From Parcubacteria group bacterium GW2011_GWC1_41_7 (lineage in GTDB: Bacteria > Patescibacteriota > Minisyncoccia > UBA6257 > HR35): a stretch of 47,885 nucleotides of DNA. The translations under genes were made by a program, and so were the position numbers. The stretch covers positions 1-47,885 of the forward strand of contig LCBW01000003.1 in assembly GCA_000997465.1 (NCBI GenBank), read 5' to 3'. Shown in pieces: positions 37,252 through 46,242 of the stretch (position 1 is its first letter; each line of letters starts with the position of its first letter). The notes under the pieces are model-generated. The model had not been told where the DNA came from. It was given only the letters and a program-made list of their open reading frames with translations, and did no database searches.

Positions 37252-37773
37252 ATGTTTTTACAGCCGGATGCCGTTGTGCAACAACTGTTTCAAAAACTTT
37301 ATTTTTTGCCCGGCATGCGCGTATGCGACATTGGGTGCGGTGGGGGATATTTTGCCGCGCTTCTTGCTGAAAAATTAGGCCCCGAAGGAAGAGTGTATGC
37401 TATTGATATCCAAGAAGACGCGGTGAAGGAAACTCAAGAACTCGCACATTTGTTGGGGTTTCGCACTATTATATGCGCCCTGGAGAATGGGCAACACACC
37501 TCATTTGAAAACAATTTTTTTCAAGCGGTTTTTTTAAGTCAACTTCGCGTAGGAGAAAAAAACGGACCCTTAATTTTAAAAGAAGCAAAACGTATTGTTC
37601 AAAGGGGCGGAGTTATTGCGATTGTAGAGCAAGAAAAAAATATACTGTTTTCAAAAGTACAGCCGCATGTGAGCGAAGAGATTCAAAAAAATATCAAAAA
37701 CATAGGGCTTACGCTTGTTGAAATCTTACACATAAGCGATAATTATAATGCGTACATCGTAAAAGCTTCCTAA
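37252..37773 (+). CDS. class I SAM-dependent methyltransferase
   Basis: Motif I VCDIGCGGGYFA. ATG at 37252 preferred over the upstream alternative start. Confidence 0.7.
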   Translation: MFLQPDAVVQQLFQKLYFLPGMRVCDIGCGGGYFAALLAEKLGPEGRVYAIDIQEDAVKETQELAHLLGFRTIICALENGQHTSFENNFFQAVFLSQLRVGEKNGPLILKEAKRIVQRGGVIAIVEQEKNILFSKVQPHVSEEIQKNIKNIGLTLVEILHISDNYNAYIVKAS

Positions 37774-37777
37774 GGAC

Positions 37778-39022
37778 ATGAGCGTAAAAAAAGTTTTTCT
37801 TATTGCCGGCATTCTCATTATTATTTTTGGGATTTTTATTGGAATTGTTTTTTTAAAAAATAAAAAACCAGCCCCTTCTTCCGTGCAAACAAATTGTTTC
37901 AATAAGGAAATCATCTTGTGGTCTCCGTTTGATCGGGGCGTTTTTCGAAAGGTGCGTGATAGTGTGCAAAAAAAATATTGTATTAAGTTGAAGATTGTGA
38001 AAAAAAATATGTCTGATATTGAACAGGAATTAGCATCTTCTGCCGCCTCCGGGGAGGGGCCCGCAATAGTGTATATTTCAGGAGAATATCTTTTAAAACA
38101 CAAAGATTTTTTTGCCCCGCAGCCGCAAAAAGACAACACGCAAAAACTTTTGTTTTCCGCATATCCCGATAGTATTAAACAGGCGCTTGGGAAGGAATTT
38201 TTAGCATACCCGATAAGCTATGACGCACTTGTGGTATTTTGGAATAAGGAACTTTTACAATCAAAGGGATTCAGTGCTCCCCCTGGGACATTACAAGAGC
38301 TCAAAGAGGCAATTCCAGCGCTTAAAAAGGTTGACGCGCAGGGGAATATAGAGCTTAGTCCTATCGCCTTAGGAACTGCGGAAAATATTTTCCACAATCA
38401 AGAGATTTTTTTGGCTTATTGGAAAATGTTGAATCCCACCGTGCGCCTCAACAATAGCAGTGATGTTGGAAAATCATTTATTGCAACACTTGATGCGTTG
38501 ACGGTATTTGCAAATCCGGGGCTTGAAACGTTTTCATGGCATCCGAATATGCCGCTTAGTCGCGAGGCATTTTTGCAAGAAAAGACCGCAATGGTGATTG
38601 ACATGTACAGCTTTAAAGATGTAATTGAAAAGCGCAATGCCAGATTTTCATATGGCATTGCGAGCTTACCAAAAAACAGCGAAAGCGCAAAACAGGCAAA
38701 TTATTTTGACGGCAGATTTTTTGGGGTACTCTCGAGCCATGAAAAAGAAGGGTGGCTCGTTCTTCAAACGCTAGATGAGCAATACGACGATTTTATAAAA
38801 AGCATCAAGCAACCCCCGGTTAAAATAGAGGCGGGGAAAAACTTAAGCGGTGATGAAGAAATGCTTTTTCGAGAGCTTATTATATCTGATGCGTTTGCGA
38901 GTATCAATAAAGATATGTTGCGAAGTGAGTTGGATAGCGATTTTGCAAACTGGATCGCAAATCGAAAAGACACCGAGTCGCTCATTCGCTATAAACAAGT
39001 TCCTAAGTTTATCATCAGATGA
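37778..39022 (+). CDS. membrane-anchored extracellular solute-binding protein (ABC family-1-like), orphan
   Basis: N-terminal TM helix. Pattern EIILWSPFD...GEGPAIVYISG...YPISYDALVVFWNKELLQSKGFSAPPGTLQEL is typical of sugar-type SBPs. No permease or ATPase is adjacent. Confidence 0.55.
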   Translation: MSVKKVFLIAGILIIIFGIFIGIVFLKNKKPAPSSVQTNCFNKEIILWSPFDRGVFRKVRDSVQKKYCIKLKIVKKNMSDIEQELASSAASGEGPAIVYISGEYLLKHKDFFAPQPQKDNTQKLLFSAYPDSIKQALGKEFLAYPISYDALVVFWNKELLQSKGFSAPPGTLQELKEAIPALKKVDAQGNIELSPIALGTAENIFHNQEIFLAYWKMLNPTVRLNNSSDVGKSFIATLDALTVFANPGLETFSWHPNMPLSREAFLQEKTAMVIDMYSFKDVIEKRNARFSYGIASLPKNSESAKQANYFDGRFFGVLSSHEKEGWLVLQTLDEQYDDFIKSIKQPPVKIEAGKNLSGDEEMLFRELIISDAFASINKDMLRSELDSDFANWIANRKDTESLIRYKQVPKFIIR

Positions 39023-39510
39023 AAGTGAGGTTTTTTATATTTATTGCCATTGTTTTTTTGGGCACTCAATTTATCTATGCGGCAAACGATTGGTACCCGA
39101 TTGTGAATAAAAATTGCAGTCCGGTAAATATCAAAACAGGAGAAACTGGAACAAGTACTAATACGGGCGATTTTACAAATTCTAAAAATATTATCAGCTG
39201 GGGGGAGGGATGCACCTGGAAAGACTTGACTGATACCATTCAGCGCCTTATTCGATTTATTATTAATGTTTCGGGACTAATCGCGCTTGTGTTTGTGCTT
39301 TGGGGAGGGGTACTGCTTATGACGGCCGGTGCTAATCCCGGGAATCAAGGACGAGGCAAGTCGCTTATCTATGACGCGCTTATTGGGTATATTCTCGTGC
39401 TCCTTTCTTTGTTTATTATTGATTTAGTTCTTGATATTTTGGGTCCGAAACTTGCGCCAGCTCCTAAATCATCGGGAATTGAATTACACTACATACAAAA
39501 AGATGCATAG
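39019..39510 (+). CDS. VirB2/TrbC-type (T4SS-type) pilin-like protein 1
   Basis: Signal peptide FIFIAIVFLGTQFIYAAN. C-terminal two-helix hairpin LIALVFVLWGGVLLMTAGANPGNQGRGKSLIYDALIGYILVLLSLFII. ATGA overlap with the SBP gene. Confidence 0.6.
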   Translation: MKVRFFIFIAIVFLGTQFIYAANDWYPIVNKNCSPVNIKTGETGTSTNTGDFTNSKNIISWGEGCTWKDLTDTIQRLIRFIINVSGLIALVFVLWGGVLLMTAGANPGNQGRGKSLIYDALIGYILVLLSLFIIDLVLDILGPKLAPAPKSSGIELHYIQKDA

Positions 39511-39907
39511 AAGAAAAAAATATATTCTCTTCATATTGTTGGCCCTTTTTATAACGCATATTTCGTATGCCGTAACAAGTACAGTAAGCGCTGAAGACGC
39601 TTCAAACCCAAGATTTTTTTATAACCAAATACGTCCAGAGTCTGCTCCGGAGTGCGCGAGCGGAGCAAAAGGATTAAACGCGATTTTAAATTGCATTGTT
39701 GCCTTTACTAACGCGCTTAAACCCCTTGCGGTGGTACTTTTTGTTTTGGCAATTACAATATCAGGCGCGTATTTAATTTTTTCACCCGTAAGCGCAAAGG
39801 GGGTAGAGGCAGCAAAAGCAATTCTCATTTGGTCGTCGGTTGGATTTGTGATTGTGTTTAGCGCAACAGTGCTTCGCGATATTGTGAAACAAATCGGCGG
39901 AAACTAA
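39503..39907 (+). CDS. VirB2/TrbC-type pilin-like protein 2
   Basis: ATG at 39503. Signal peptide ILFILLALFITHISYA. Hairpin LAVVLFVLAITISGAYLIFSPVSAKGVEAAKAILIWSSVGFVIVF. Confidence 0.6.
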   Translation: MHRRKKYILFILLALFITHISYAVTSTVSAEDASNPRFFYNQIRPESAPECASGAKGLNAILNCIVAFTNALKPLAVVLFVLAITISGAYLIFSPVSAKGVEAAKAILIWSSVGFVIVFSATVLRDIVKQIGGN

Positions 39908-41289
39908 TGAAAAGATTTTTTATCGTTTTTTTATTTTTAGGGCTTATGGGGGTTTCAGGCGTTTCTTTTGCGCAAGGTGCTCCACTGGCAGTAAATGTTG
40001 GCACAATCAAAAATCAGATTAGTTTACTGGTGCAGCAAATTGATAAAATTAATCTTGGTGCTGCATGGCCGCAGGAAAGTGGGCAAGATCGGGAGCTTCA
40101 AGCGTGTACCGTAGAGGTGCCTCCCAGTACTACAGCATATCTTTATCCTCAATACCCTTTTTGGGGATGGTGGGATGGTTCGCGTAGTATTTGGTTTGCC
40201 CGTAATTTTTTAGATATTCACGTTGATCATGCAAATCTAACGAAAATGGATTCTTTGCGCCCAGAAAAATTTTCAATAACTATTTTAGGAACGCCTATGC
40301 CTATTTTTTTTGATACAAAAGCAGAGCACTGGAAAAAAACAATTGAGGGATCCTTTGATACTCCGGGTACCAGCAGTAATGAGGCGCATCTCAAAAATAA
40401 TCCTGCAGTAATAAGCGTCCTTACGCATTATTGCGGAAGATATAATTTTTACCGTCCACAATTTGTCGCAGTGGGTAATTACTTAGAGGGGCTTGGTCAG
40501 GGGTTAAAAGGTACTTATAAGCCATCTGATAGCACTTGGAAATGGATTTTGCATATCGGATGGAAAGATGTTGGAGGGACAAAGGAAGTTTTAGGAGATT
40601 TAAAAACAGCCCTTGATGGATCAGGGGCAGTTCATGACGCATTTATTGGTCCAGATGGATCTGCAAAGCCCACTATGCAGCGGCTTTCAAAGTTACTAGA
40701 TGATTTAAAAATAAATTTAAATTCCATTGAGACTTGGAAGGGGAAGGCGAGTGAGGGGATTAATTTTGATAACGTCGGTAAGTGGGCAGAAAATACGAAA
40801 AATACAGCAAATAATACAAATCAAATAACTGCAGCATTAAAAAATATTTTAAGAAATCCATCAGAGGTTGATCGATATCTTGGTATTGCGGAGCAAAACA
40901 TGCAGCAGTTGACACAAAGTGTGCAACAACTATCTCAACTTATTTTATCTATAACCCCAGGAAGCGTTGAAGTTTCCATTGAAAAACAGCCAATTGCAGT
41001 TATGCCGGTTGGAATTTTTGGAAATGATGCAAGCCCTGAGGGGTACAAAAAAGTTGGCCCAGACACTATTGCTGAGCGATTGCGTGTCTTTATTCAAGAT
41101 CAACTTGCCCCACCACTTTTTGTGTTGATGGTAGTTTTAGGCGGTATATTTTATTTGTTTGTGCCGTTTAATCAAGCAAACATTAATAAAGGAAAAGACT
41201 ATGTTAGATTTGCTATTTTAGGGTACCTTATTATATTAGTAGCATCTGCGATTTTAACTCTTACACGTGGTTTTTTTGGCAATCCATAG
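39907..41289 (+). CDS. large secreted protein ending in a VirB2/TrbC-type pilin hairpin (pilin 3)
   Basis: Signal peptide FIVFLFLGLMGVSGVSFAQG and an ectodomain of about 380 aa. C-terminus reads PPLFVLMVVLGGIFYLFVPFNQANINKGKDYVRFAILGYLIILVASAIL. Confidence 0.55.
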   Translation: MKRFFIVFLFLGLMGVSGVSFAQGAPLAVNVGTIKNQISLLVQQIDKINLGAAWPQESGQDRELQACTVEVPPSTTAYLYPQYPFWGWWDGSRSIWFARNFLDIHVDHANLTKMDSLRPEKFSITILGTPMPIFFDTKAEHWKKTIEGSFDTPGTSSNEAHLKNNPAVISVLTHYCGRYNFYRPQFVAVGNYLEGLGQGLKGTYKPSDSTWKWILHIGWKDVGGTKEVLGDLKTALDGSGAVHDAFIGPDGSAKPTMQRLSKLLDDLKINLNSIETWKGKASEGINFDNVGKWAENTKNTANNTNQITAALKNILRNPSEVDRYLGIAEQNMQQLTQSVQQLSQLILSITPGSVEVSIEKQPIAVMPVGIFGNDASPEGYKKVGPDTIAERLRVFIQDQLAPPLFVLMVVLGGIFYLFVPFNQANINKGKDYVRFAILGYLIILVASAILTLTRGFFGNP

Positions 41290-41317
41290 TAGGACGATAC
41301 ATAAAATATTTTTTTAA

Positions 41318-41336
41318 GGCGCATATGGTATGCGCC
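41318..41336 (+). terminator. hairpin downstream of the pilin operon
   Basis: GGCGCATA-TGG-TATGCGCC 8-bp stem. The downstream U-tract is weak. Confidence 0.35.
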
Positions 41337-41364
41337 TCCCTCTATTGCACGTTATAATCTAAGA

Positions 41365-42479
41365 ATGAAGGAGTTTTTTGTAGATTTGCACGTGCATTCA
41401 AAATATTCGCGGGCATGTTCAAAACAATTAGACCTTGAACACCTCGCCGCATGTGGCGCGCAAAAAGGCCTTGATATTATTGCAAGCGCAGACATCACGC
41501 ACCCAAAGTGGCTCAGCGAGATCAAGGAAAAACTTATTGAAGTAACCCCTGGTATTTTTGCACTCAAAAAAGACGGTGCCACTATGCGTTTTGTGCTCTC
41601 TACTGAGCTGAGTTCTATTTTTTCACGGGACGGAAAATGTTATCGCATGCACTATGTTATTATGTTTCCATCTTTCTTGTCCGTTGACCGGCTTGTGCGA
41701 AAGCTGCTTTTACTTGGCGTAAATGTTGCATCAGACGGCAGGCCAATTTTAGGCATTGACCCAAAAGAGGTATTGCGGATGGTTTTGGAAGTTGATGAGC
41801 ACGCTATCTTTATTCCAGCGCATATTTGGACGCCCTGGTTCTCGGTGTTTGGATCGCACAGCGGGTTTGAGAGTATGGAGGACGCGTTTGGGGATCTTAC
41901 ACCGCACATTTTTGCTGTTGAAACCGGGCTTTCGTCTGATCCGCAGATGAACTGGCGCCTTTCACAGCTTGATCCTTTTTCTCTTGTTTCATTTTCTGAT
42001 GCGCACTCCGCCCAGCCACATCGTGTTGGTAGAGAAGCGACAGTATTGAAATTGGAAGAATTATCGTTTTTGCACATTAAAAAGGCACTTGATAGAAAAG
42101 AAAAGAAAAATACGATCGTACGTACGATAGAATTTTATCCCGAAGAGGGGAAGTATCATTTTGACGGGCATCGCATATGCGGAGTATGTCTTTCCCCAAA
42201 GGAGAGCAAGAAAAATAAATATATGTGTCCCGCGTGCGGTAAGGGCGTTAAGTCAATGCGCTGTATGATGTATGTATAAAAGAATTTGGCAGCGAGTTTG
42301 CGCTTATGTTGTCGGATAAACCAGTATCACATCTTCCTATTCCAGGCGTAGTGATACATGCAATTGACGCGGTGCGTGCAGGTGATGTGTTTGTTCGTCC
42401 CGGGTATGACGGAGAGTACGGAGTTGTGTCGATGCAATATGCCCCCCAAGCACCCACACACTCTCTTTTTACATCATGA
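41365..42479 (+). pseudogene. endonuclease-Q-like PHP-domain nuclease, interrupted by a frameshift near 42252-42279
   Basis: Frame 1 (41365-42279) gives DLHVHSKYSRACS, ADITHPKW and CPACGKG. Frame 3 is open from 42252 to the TGA at 42477-42479 and encodes ...KEFGSEFALML...AIDAVRAGDVFVRPGYDGEYGVV, which looks like the family C-terminus. That stop overlaps the next ATG (ATGA). Confidence 0.55.
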
Positions 42480-42814
42480 TCACATCTCTTTTTTTTGAAC
42501 TCTATAGAAATATTGCGCTATTTTTTGAGTATTATTTTATTCGTCAAACAACAGTACTGTGGCGGTTTTTTTTCGAACAATTTGCACATCTCAATAGGGT
42601 ATTTGGAATAACTGCAAATATGAAGCACTTTTTTGAACCCCTGTATCGCGATTATTCTTTTGGAGGGTATATATTTGCAATCCCCTGGAGAGCGTGTCTT
42701 ATTGTTGCGGGTCTTATTTCAAGTATTTGCTTATTTGTTTTATTTTTAAGCATGTGGATTTTTTGGGTCGGGTTGCCATTTTTTATATCTTATTTTCTTT
42801 TTTCTGCCGCATAA
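42476..42814 (+). CDS. small polytopic membrane protein, unknown function
   Basis: 112 aa with hydrophobic helices. The start overlaps the upstream frame-3 stop. Its stop is immediately followed by the Clp-like ATG. Confidence 0.45.
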   Translation: MITSLFFELYRNIALFFEYYFIRQTTVLWRFFFEQFAHLNRVFGITANMKHFFEPLYRDYSFGGYIFAIPWRACLIVAGLISSICLFVLFLSMWIFWVGLPFFISYFLFSAA

Positions 42815-45316
42815 ATGAATCATTTTGATTACAAACCATTATTTTTGCCTAAAAATCAAAAATTTCTTTTTCGCATTTTGAGTTTCAGTATTCGGGTCCT
42901 TTTTGTTGTTCTTGGAATTACTTTCTTTACCACGCAAATAGGCATTCTTCGGATTTTTGGATTTTGGATGCTTCTTATTTTTGGATTTTATTTCGGATGG
43001 GGAAAGCGCATTGCACTGAAAGATCTTCGATTTCAGCACTGCGAAAATATTGCAGATTTTTGTACGCAAGAAACACTCGATGTACTTCTTGATGCGCACA
43101 AAGATGCCGAATATGCGCACACTGAAAATCCCCAACTTATGCTTATGTTGAAATTACTCCAATTTTCTTCTGTGCGAGTGCTTTTTCGTATATTGCGTAT
43201 TGATGTAAGAAGGGTATATCGAGATGTGTACGGGGCGCTTTCTGAGAAAAAAGTGATTCTAGACGTGGATATGCAAAAACAGGCGGCATATACTGCGCGA
43301 GAAAACATTCTTCCGCTTACCGCGTCTGCAAAGGCAATCGCACAAACTATTTTATACCCCGCAATTACCCCAGAAATTTTATTTTTAGCTCTTGTGGAGT
43401 GCGGAAATTTTGAGGTGCAACATGTGTGCGAAATGCATGGCATTCAAAAAGAATTTGTGCGAGCGGCATTTATGAAGTGGGCATATCGAAGAAATCTAAA
43501 AAAGTCGCTTGGAATGCAACCGCTTATGAATTTTTCTTTTGGTAAAGGCAGGGTGCGATGGAGAACGCGCACATGGTCTTCTCGGCCGACGCCTTTTTTA
43601 GATGCCCACGGAATAGACCTTACATTTCTTGCAAGGGAGCAATGGGTGGGATTTTTGATTGGCCACCGCAAAGAACTGCAGGAAGTTCTTTCTCTTGCAA
43701 ATAAAGGCATTCAATTTTCGGGTCTTTTGGTTGGAAACGAGGGAGTCGGAAAACAATCTTTGGTCTGGCACCTTGCATGGCTTATTGCGCATGATAAAGT
43801 TGCGGAAGAATTATATGATATGCGCCTTATCGAATTACATCTTGGACAATTGTACGGAAACAGCGGAGAGGAATTTCAACAAGTGCTTCTTCGGGCGCTT
43901 GGCGAGGCATCTAATGCGGGAAATGTCATTTTATATATTCCCGACATTGAAACACTTTTTCTCTCCGGCATTACCCCATCTCCTCTTATTACTCTCCAGC
44001 CATTTTTATCCGGACGATCTGTTTCAATTATCGCATCCACCACGCCCGAGGGGTTTGCCCGTATGAAACAACAAGGATCTTTTATGCAGATGTTTAGTGC
44101 TGTTTTTGTCAATGAGATTTCATCAGAAGAAGCGATTCATCTTTTGACGCTTGAGGCTATGATTCAAGAGCGTATGCAAAAAATTTCCATTACGCCGCAA
44201 GCTATTGCTTATTTAGTTTCACTTTCAAAAAAATATATTTCTGCAGTGCCGCTCCCTTCATCTGCGCGCGGAGTTTTAGAGAGGGCGTTCGGATTTGCAA
44301 AAAAAGAACGCATCCCTGAAATTTCAGAGGAGCTTATCGGAGATTTAGTTGGACAACAATCGGGTATTCCGGTACAAAAGCCGGAAGAGGATGAAAGAGA
44401 AACGCTCCAGAATTTAGAGGAGATTATTCATCGTACATTAGTTGATCAAGAGTTTGCGGTACGGGAGGTTTCTCGGGTGCTTCGCACCTATCGAGCGGGC
44501 TTTGAAAAAAAAGGCCCGGTTGGCGTATTTTTATTTATTGGTCCAACGGGGGTAGGAAAAACAGAACTTGCAAAAACGCTTGCGAGAATTTATTTTCAAG
44601 ATAAAAAACAATTTCTCCAACTGGATATGGTTGCCTTTCAGACCCCTAAAGATATTGATGAGCTTATCGGGTCTGAAGACGGCAGTATTTTGGGAAAACT
44701 AACTGAAGGGGTGCGGCAGATGCCGTACGGGGTGTTGCTTTTGGATGAGTTTGAAAAAGCGCACCCTCAAGTGTTGAATATCTTTTTGCCTATTTTTGAT
44801 GAGGGATCTATACAAGACGGGATGGGAAGAGCAGTTGATTTTAAAAATACGATTATTATCGCAACATCAAACGTACACTCACAAACCATAAAAAAAGAAA
44901 TTGAAAGCGGAAAGCACATTGAAGATGTTGCGAAAAAATTAAAAAATAATCTCACCTCGTATTTTCCAGCAGAACTTATTAATCGTTTTGATTCCGTGGT
45001 ATTTTTTAAACCGCTTTCGCAAGACGATCTGTCAAAAATTATTAATAGGTACGTTGATCAACTAAACGGTGAACTGCAAGAAAAATTTGGATTTTCAGTT
45101 GACATGACGCATAGCGCAAAAGAAAAAATTATCGAGCTTGGGTATGAGGCGGCATATGGTGCGCGTCCCCTTAAGCGTGCATTTGAAAAATATATTAAAT
45201 CATTTTTAGCAACTGAAGTGTTGGCTGAAAAAATAAAAAGAAATGATAAAATATTGGTTGATTACCGTGATTCATTTGTTTTGATCTACGATCGCGTACA
45301 AAAGGGCACTGCATAG
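42815..45316 (+). CDS. membrane-anchored ClpA/B/C-type double AAA+ ATPase (D1 motifs divergent)
   Basis: Two N-terminal TM helices (FSIRVLFVVLGITFF, ILRIFGFWMLLIFGFYFGW) and Clp_N-like repeats. D1 has GNEGVGKQS and ILYIPDIETL. D2 has IGPTGVGKTELAKTLA, LLLDEFEKAHPQV and GARPLKRAFEK. Confidence 0.75.
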   Translation: MNHFDYKPLFLPKNQKFLFRILSFSIRVLFVVLGITFFTTQIGILRIFGFWMLLIFGFYFGWGKRIALKDLRFQHCENIADFCTQETLDVLLDAHKDAEYAHTENPQLMLMLKLLQFSSVRVLFRILRIDVRRVYRDVYGALSEKKVILDVDMQKQAAYTARENILPLTASAKAIAQTILYPAITPEILFLALVECGNFEVQHVCEMHGIQKEFVRAAFMKWAYRRNLKKSLGMQPLMNFSFGKGRVRWRTRTWSSRPTPFLDAHGIDLTFLAREQWVGFLIGHRKELQEVLSLANKGIQFSGLLVGNEGVGKQSLVWHLAWLIAHDKVAEELYDMRLIELHLGQLYGNSGEEFQQVLLRALGEASNAGNVILYIPDIETLFLSGITPSPLITLQPFLSGRSVSIIASTTPEGFARMKQQGSFMQMFSAVFVNEISSEEAIHLLTLEAMIQERMQKISITPQAIAYLVSLSKKYISAVPLPSSARGVLERAFGFAKKERIPEISEELIGDLVGQQSGIPVQKPEEDERETLQNLEEIIHRTLVDQEFAVREVSRVLRTYRAGFEKKGPVGVFLFIGPTGVGKTELAKTLARIYFQDKKQFLQLDMVAFQTPKDIDELIGSEDGSILGKLTEGVRQMPYGVLLLDEFEKAHPQVLNIFLPIFDEGSIQDGMGRAVDFKNTIIIATSNVHSQTIKKEIESGKHIEDVAKKLKNNLTSYFPAELINRFDSVVFFKPLSQDDLSKIINRYVDQLNGELQEKFGFSVDMTHSAKEKIIELGYEAAYGARPLKRAFEKYIKSFLATEVLAEKIKRNDKILVDYRDSFVLIYDRVQKGTA

Positions 45317-45326
45317 CATGCCCTTT
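45301..45326 (+). terminator. terminator-like hairpin overlapping the Clp-like stop codon
   Basis: AAAGGGCA-N10-TGCCCTTT. Confidence 0.35.
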
Positions 45327-45339
45327 TGTGCTCAATAAT

Positions 45340-46233
45340 ATGACTTTTAAAAATATATTTTTTTTCCTTTCGTTATCTGCCTTATCTGCATTTTTTTTGT
45401 CAGGCGTTCCTAATACTTATTTTTATTACAAGGGATTTGATCAGGTGTTTGCGTATGCGGGGGTTGAAAACATACTGCTTTTGGGAAAACCCGGGGCAGG
45501 ATATTATGGTGGCGAAAATACCGATTCTATTGTGCTTTTGAGTATACGAAATAATGGAATAGCGCTCGTGTATATTCCAAGGGATTTAGTTGTTCAAATT
45601 GGCGATGCAACATATAAAATAAACTCACTTATTCCTTTAGGGAAGCAAGACGAGCTCCTTCGAGAGGTGAGTAAATTTTCGGGCATGCATGTTGATAGGT
45701 ACTTTGAATTTGATCTTGCTTTAGTGCGGAAGCTTATTGATTCTACGGGGGGGATTGATGTGACACTGCAAAGACCGGTGGTTGATGCGGTATCTGGATT
45801 TACGCTTCCTGCTGGAAAACATCATTTAAATGGTGAATGGGCTGAATTTGTTATTCGGTCACGATATGCTCCGGAGGGAGATTTTTTCCGCATGAAAAAT
45901 CAAGTTGCTATTTTGAAGGCATTGGGGCAGGAGCTTCAAACTATGCCAAAAGACAAGACGCTTTCAGTGCTGTATACGATTGAGTCATCAAAGCAGCATT
46001 ACCACACAAATCTTAAGCCGGTTGAAATTGTTGATCTTTTTTCAAAATTACAAAAAGCATCACAATATGCCATCACGGAGGCAATTCCGGATTTCCAAAG
46101 TGGGCTGTGGAAAGACGGATCAATCCGAATTATTGTTGAGGGCGGATATGGAAATGCATACGGACTGTATCCAAAAGAGGGGATCGGAGATTATACGAAC
46201 GTGCGAGCGTTTATTAGGGATACATTAAAATAA
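45340..46233 (+). CDS. LytR-CpsA-Psr (LCP) family protein
   Basis: GENTDSIVLLSIRNNGIALVYIPRDLVVQI...YKINSL core. N-terminal TM helix. ATG at 45340 (an alternative GTG lies at 45328). Confidence 0.8.
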   Translation: MTFKNIFFFLSLSALSAFFLSGVPNTYFYYKGFDQVFAYAGVENILLLGKPGAGYYGGENTDSIVLLSIRNNGIALVYIPRDLVVQIGDATYKINSLIPLGKQDELLREVSKFSGMHVDRYFEFDLALVRKLIDSTGGIDVTLQRPVVDAVSGFTLPAGKHHLNGEWAEFVIRSRYAPEGDFFRMKNQVAILKALGQELQTMPKDKTLSVLYTIESSKQHYHTNLKPVEIVDLFSKLQKASQYAITEAIPDFQSGLWKDGSIRIIVEGGYGNAYGLYPKEGIGDYTNVRAFIRDTLK

Positions 46234-46242
46234 TGACATACG

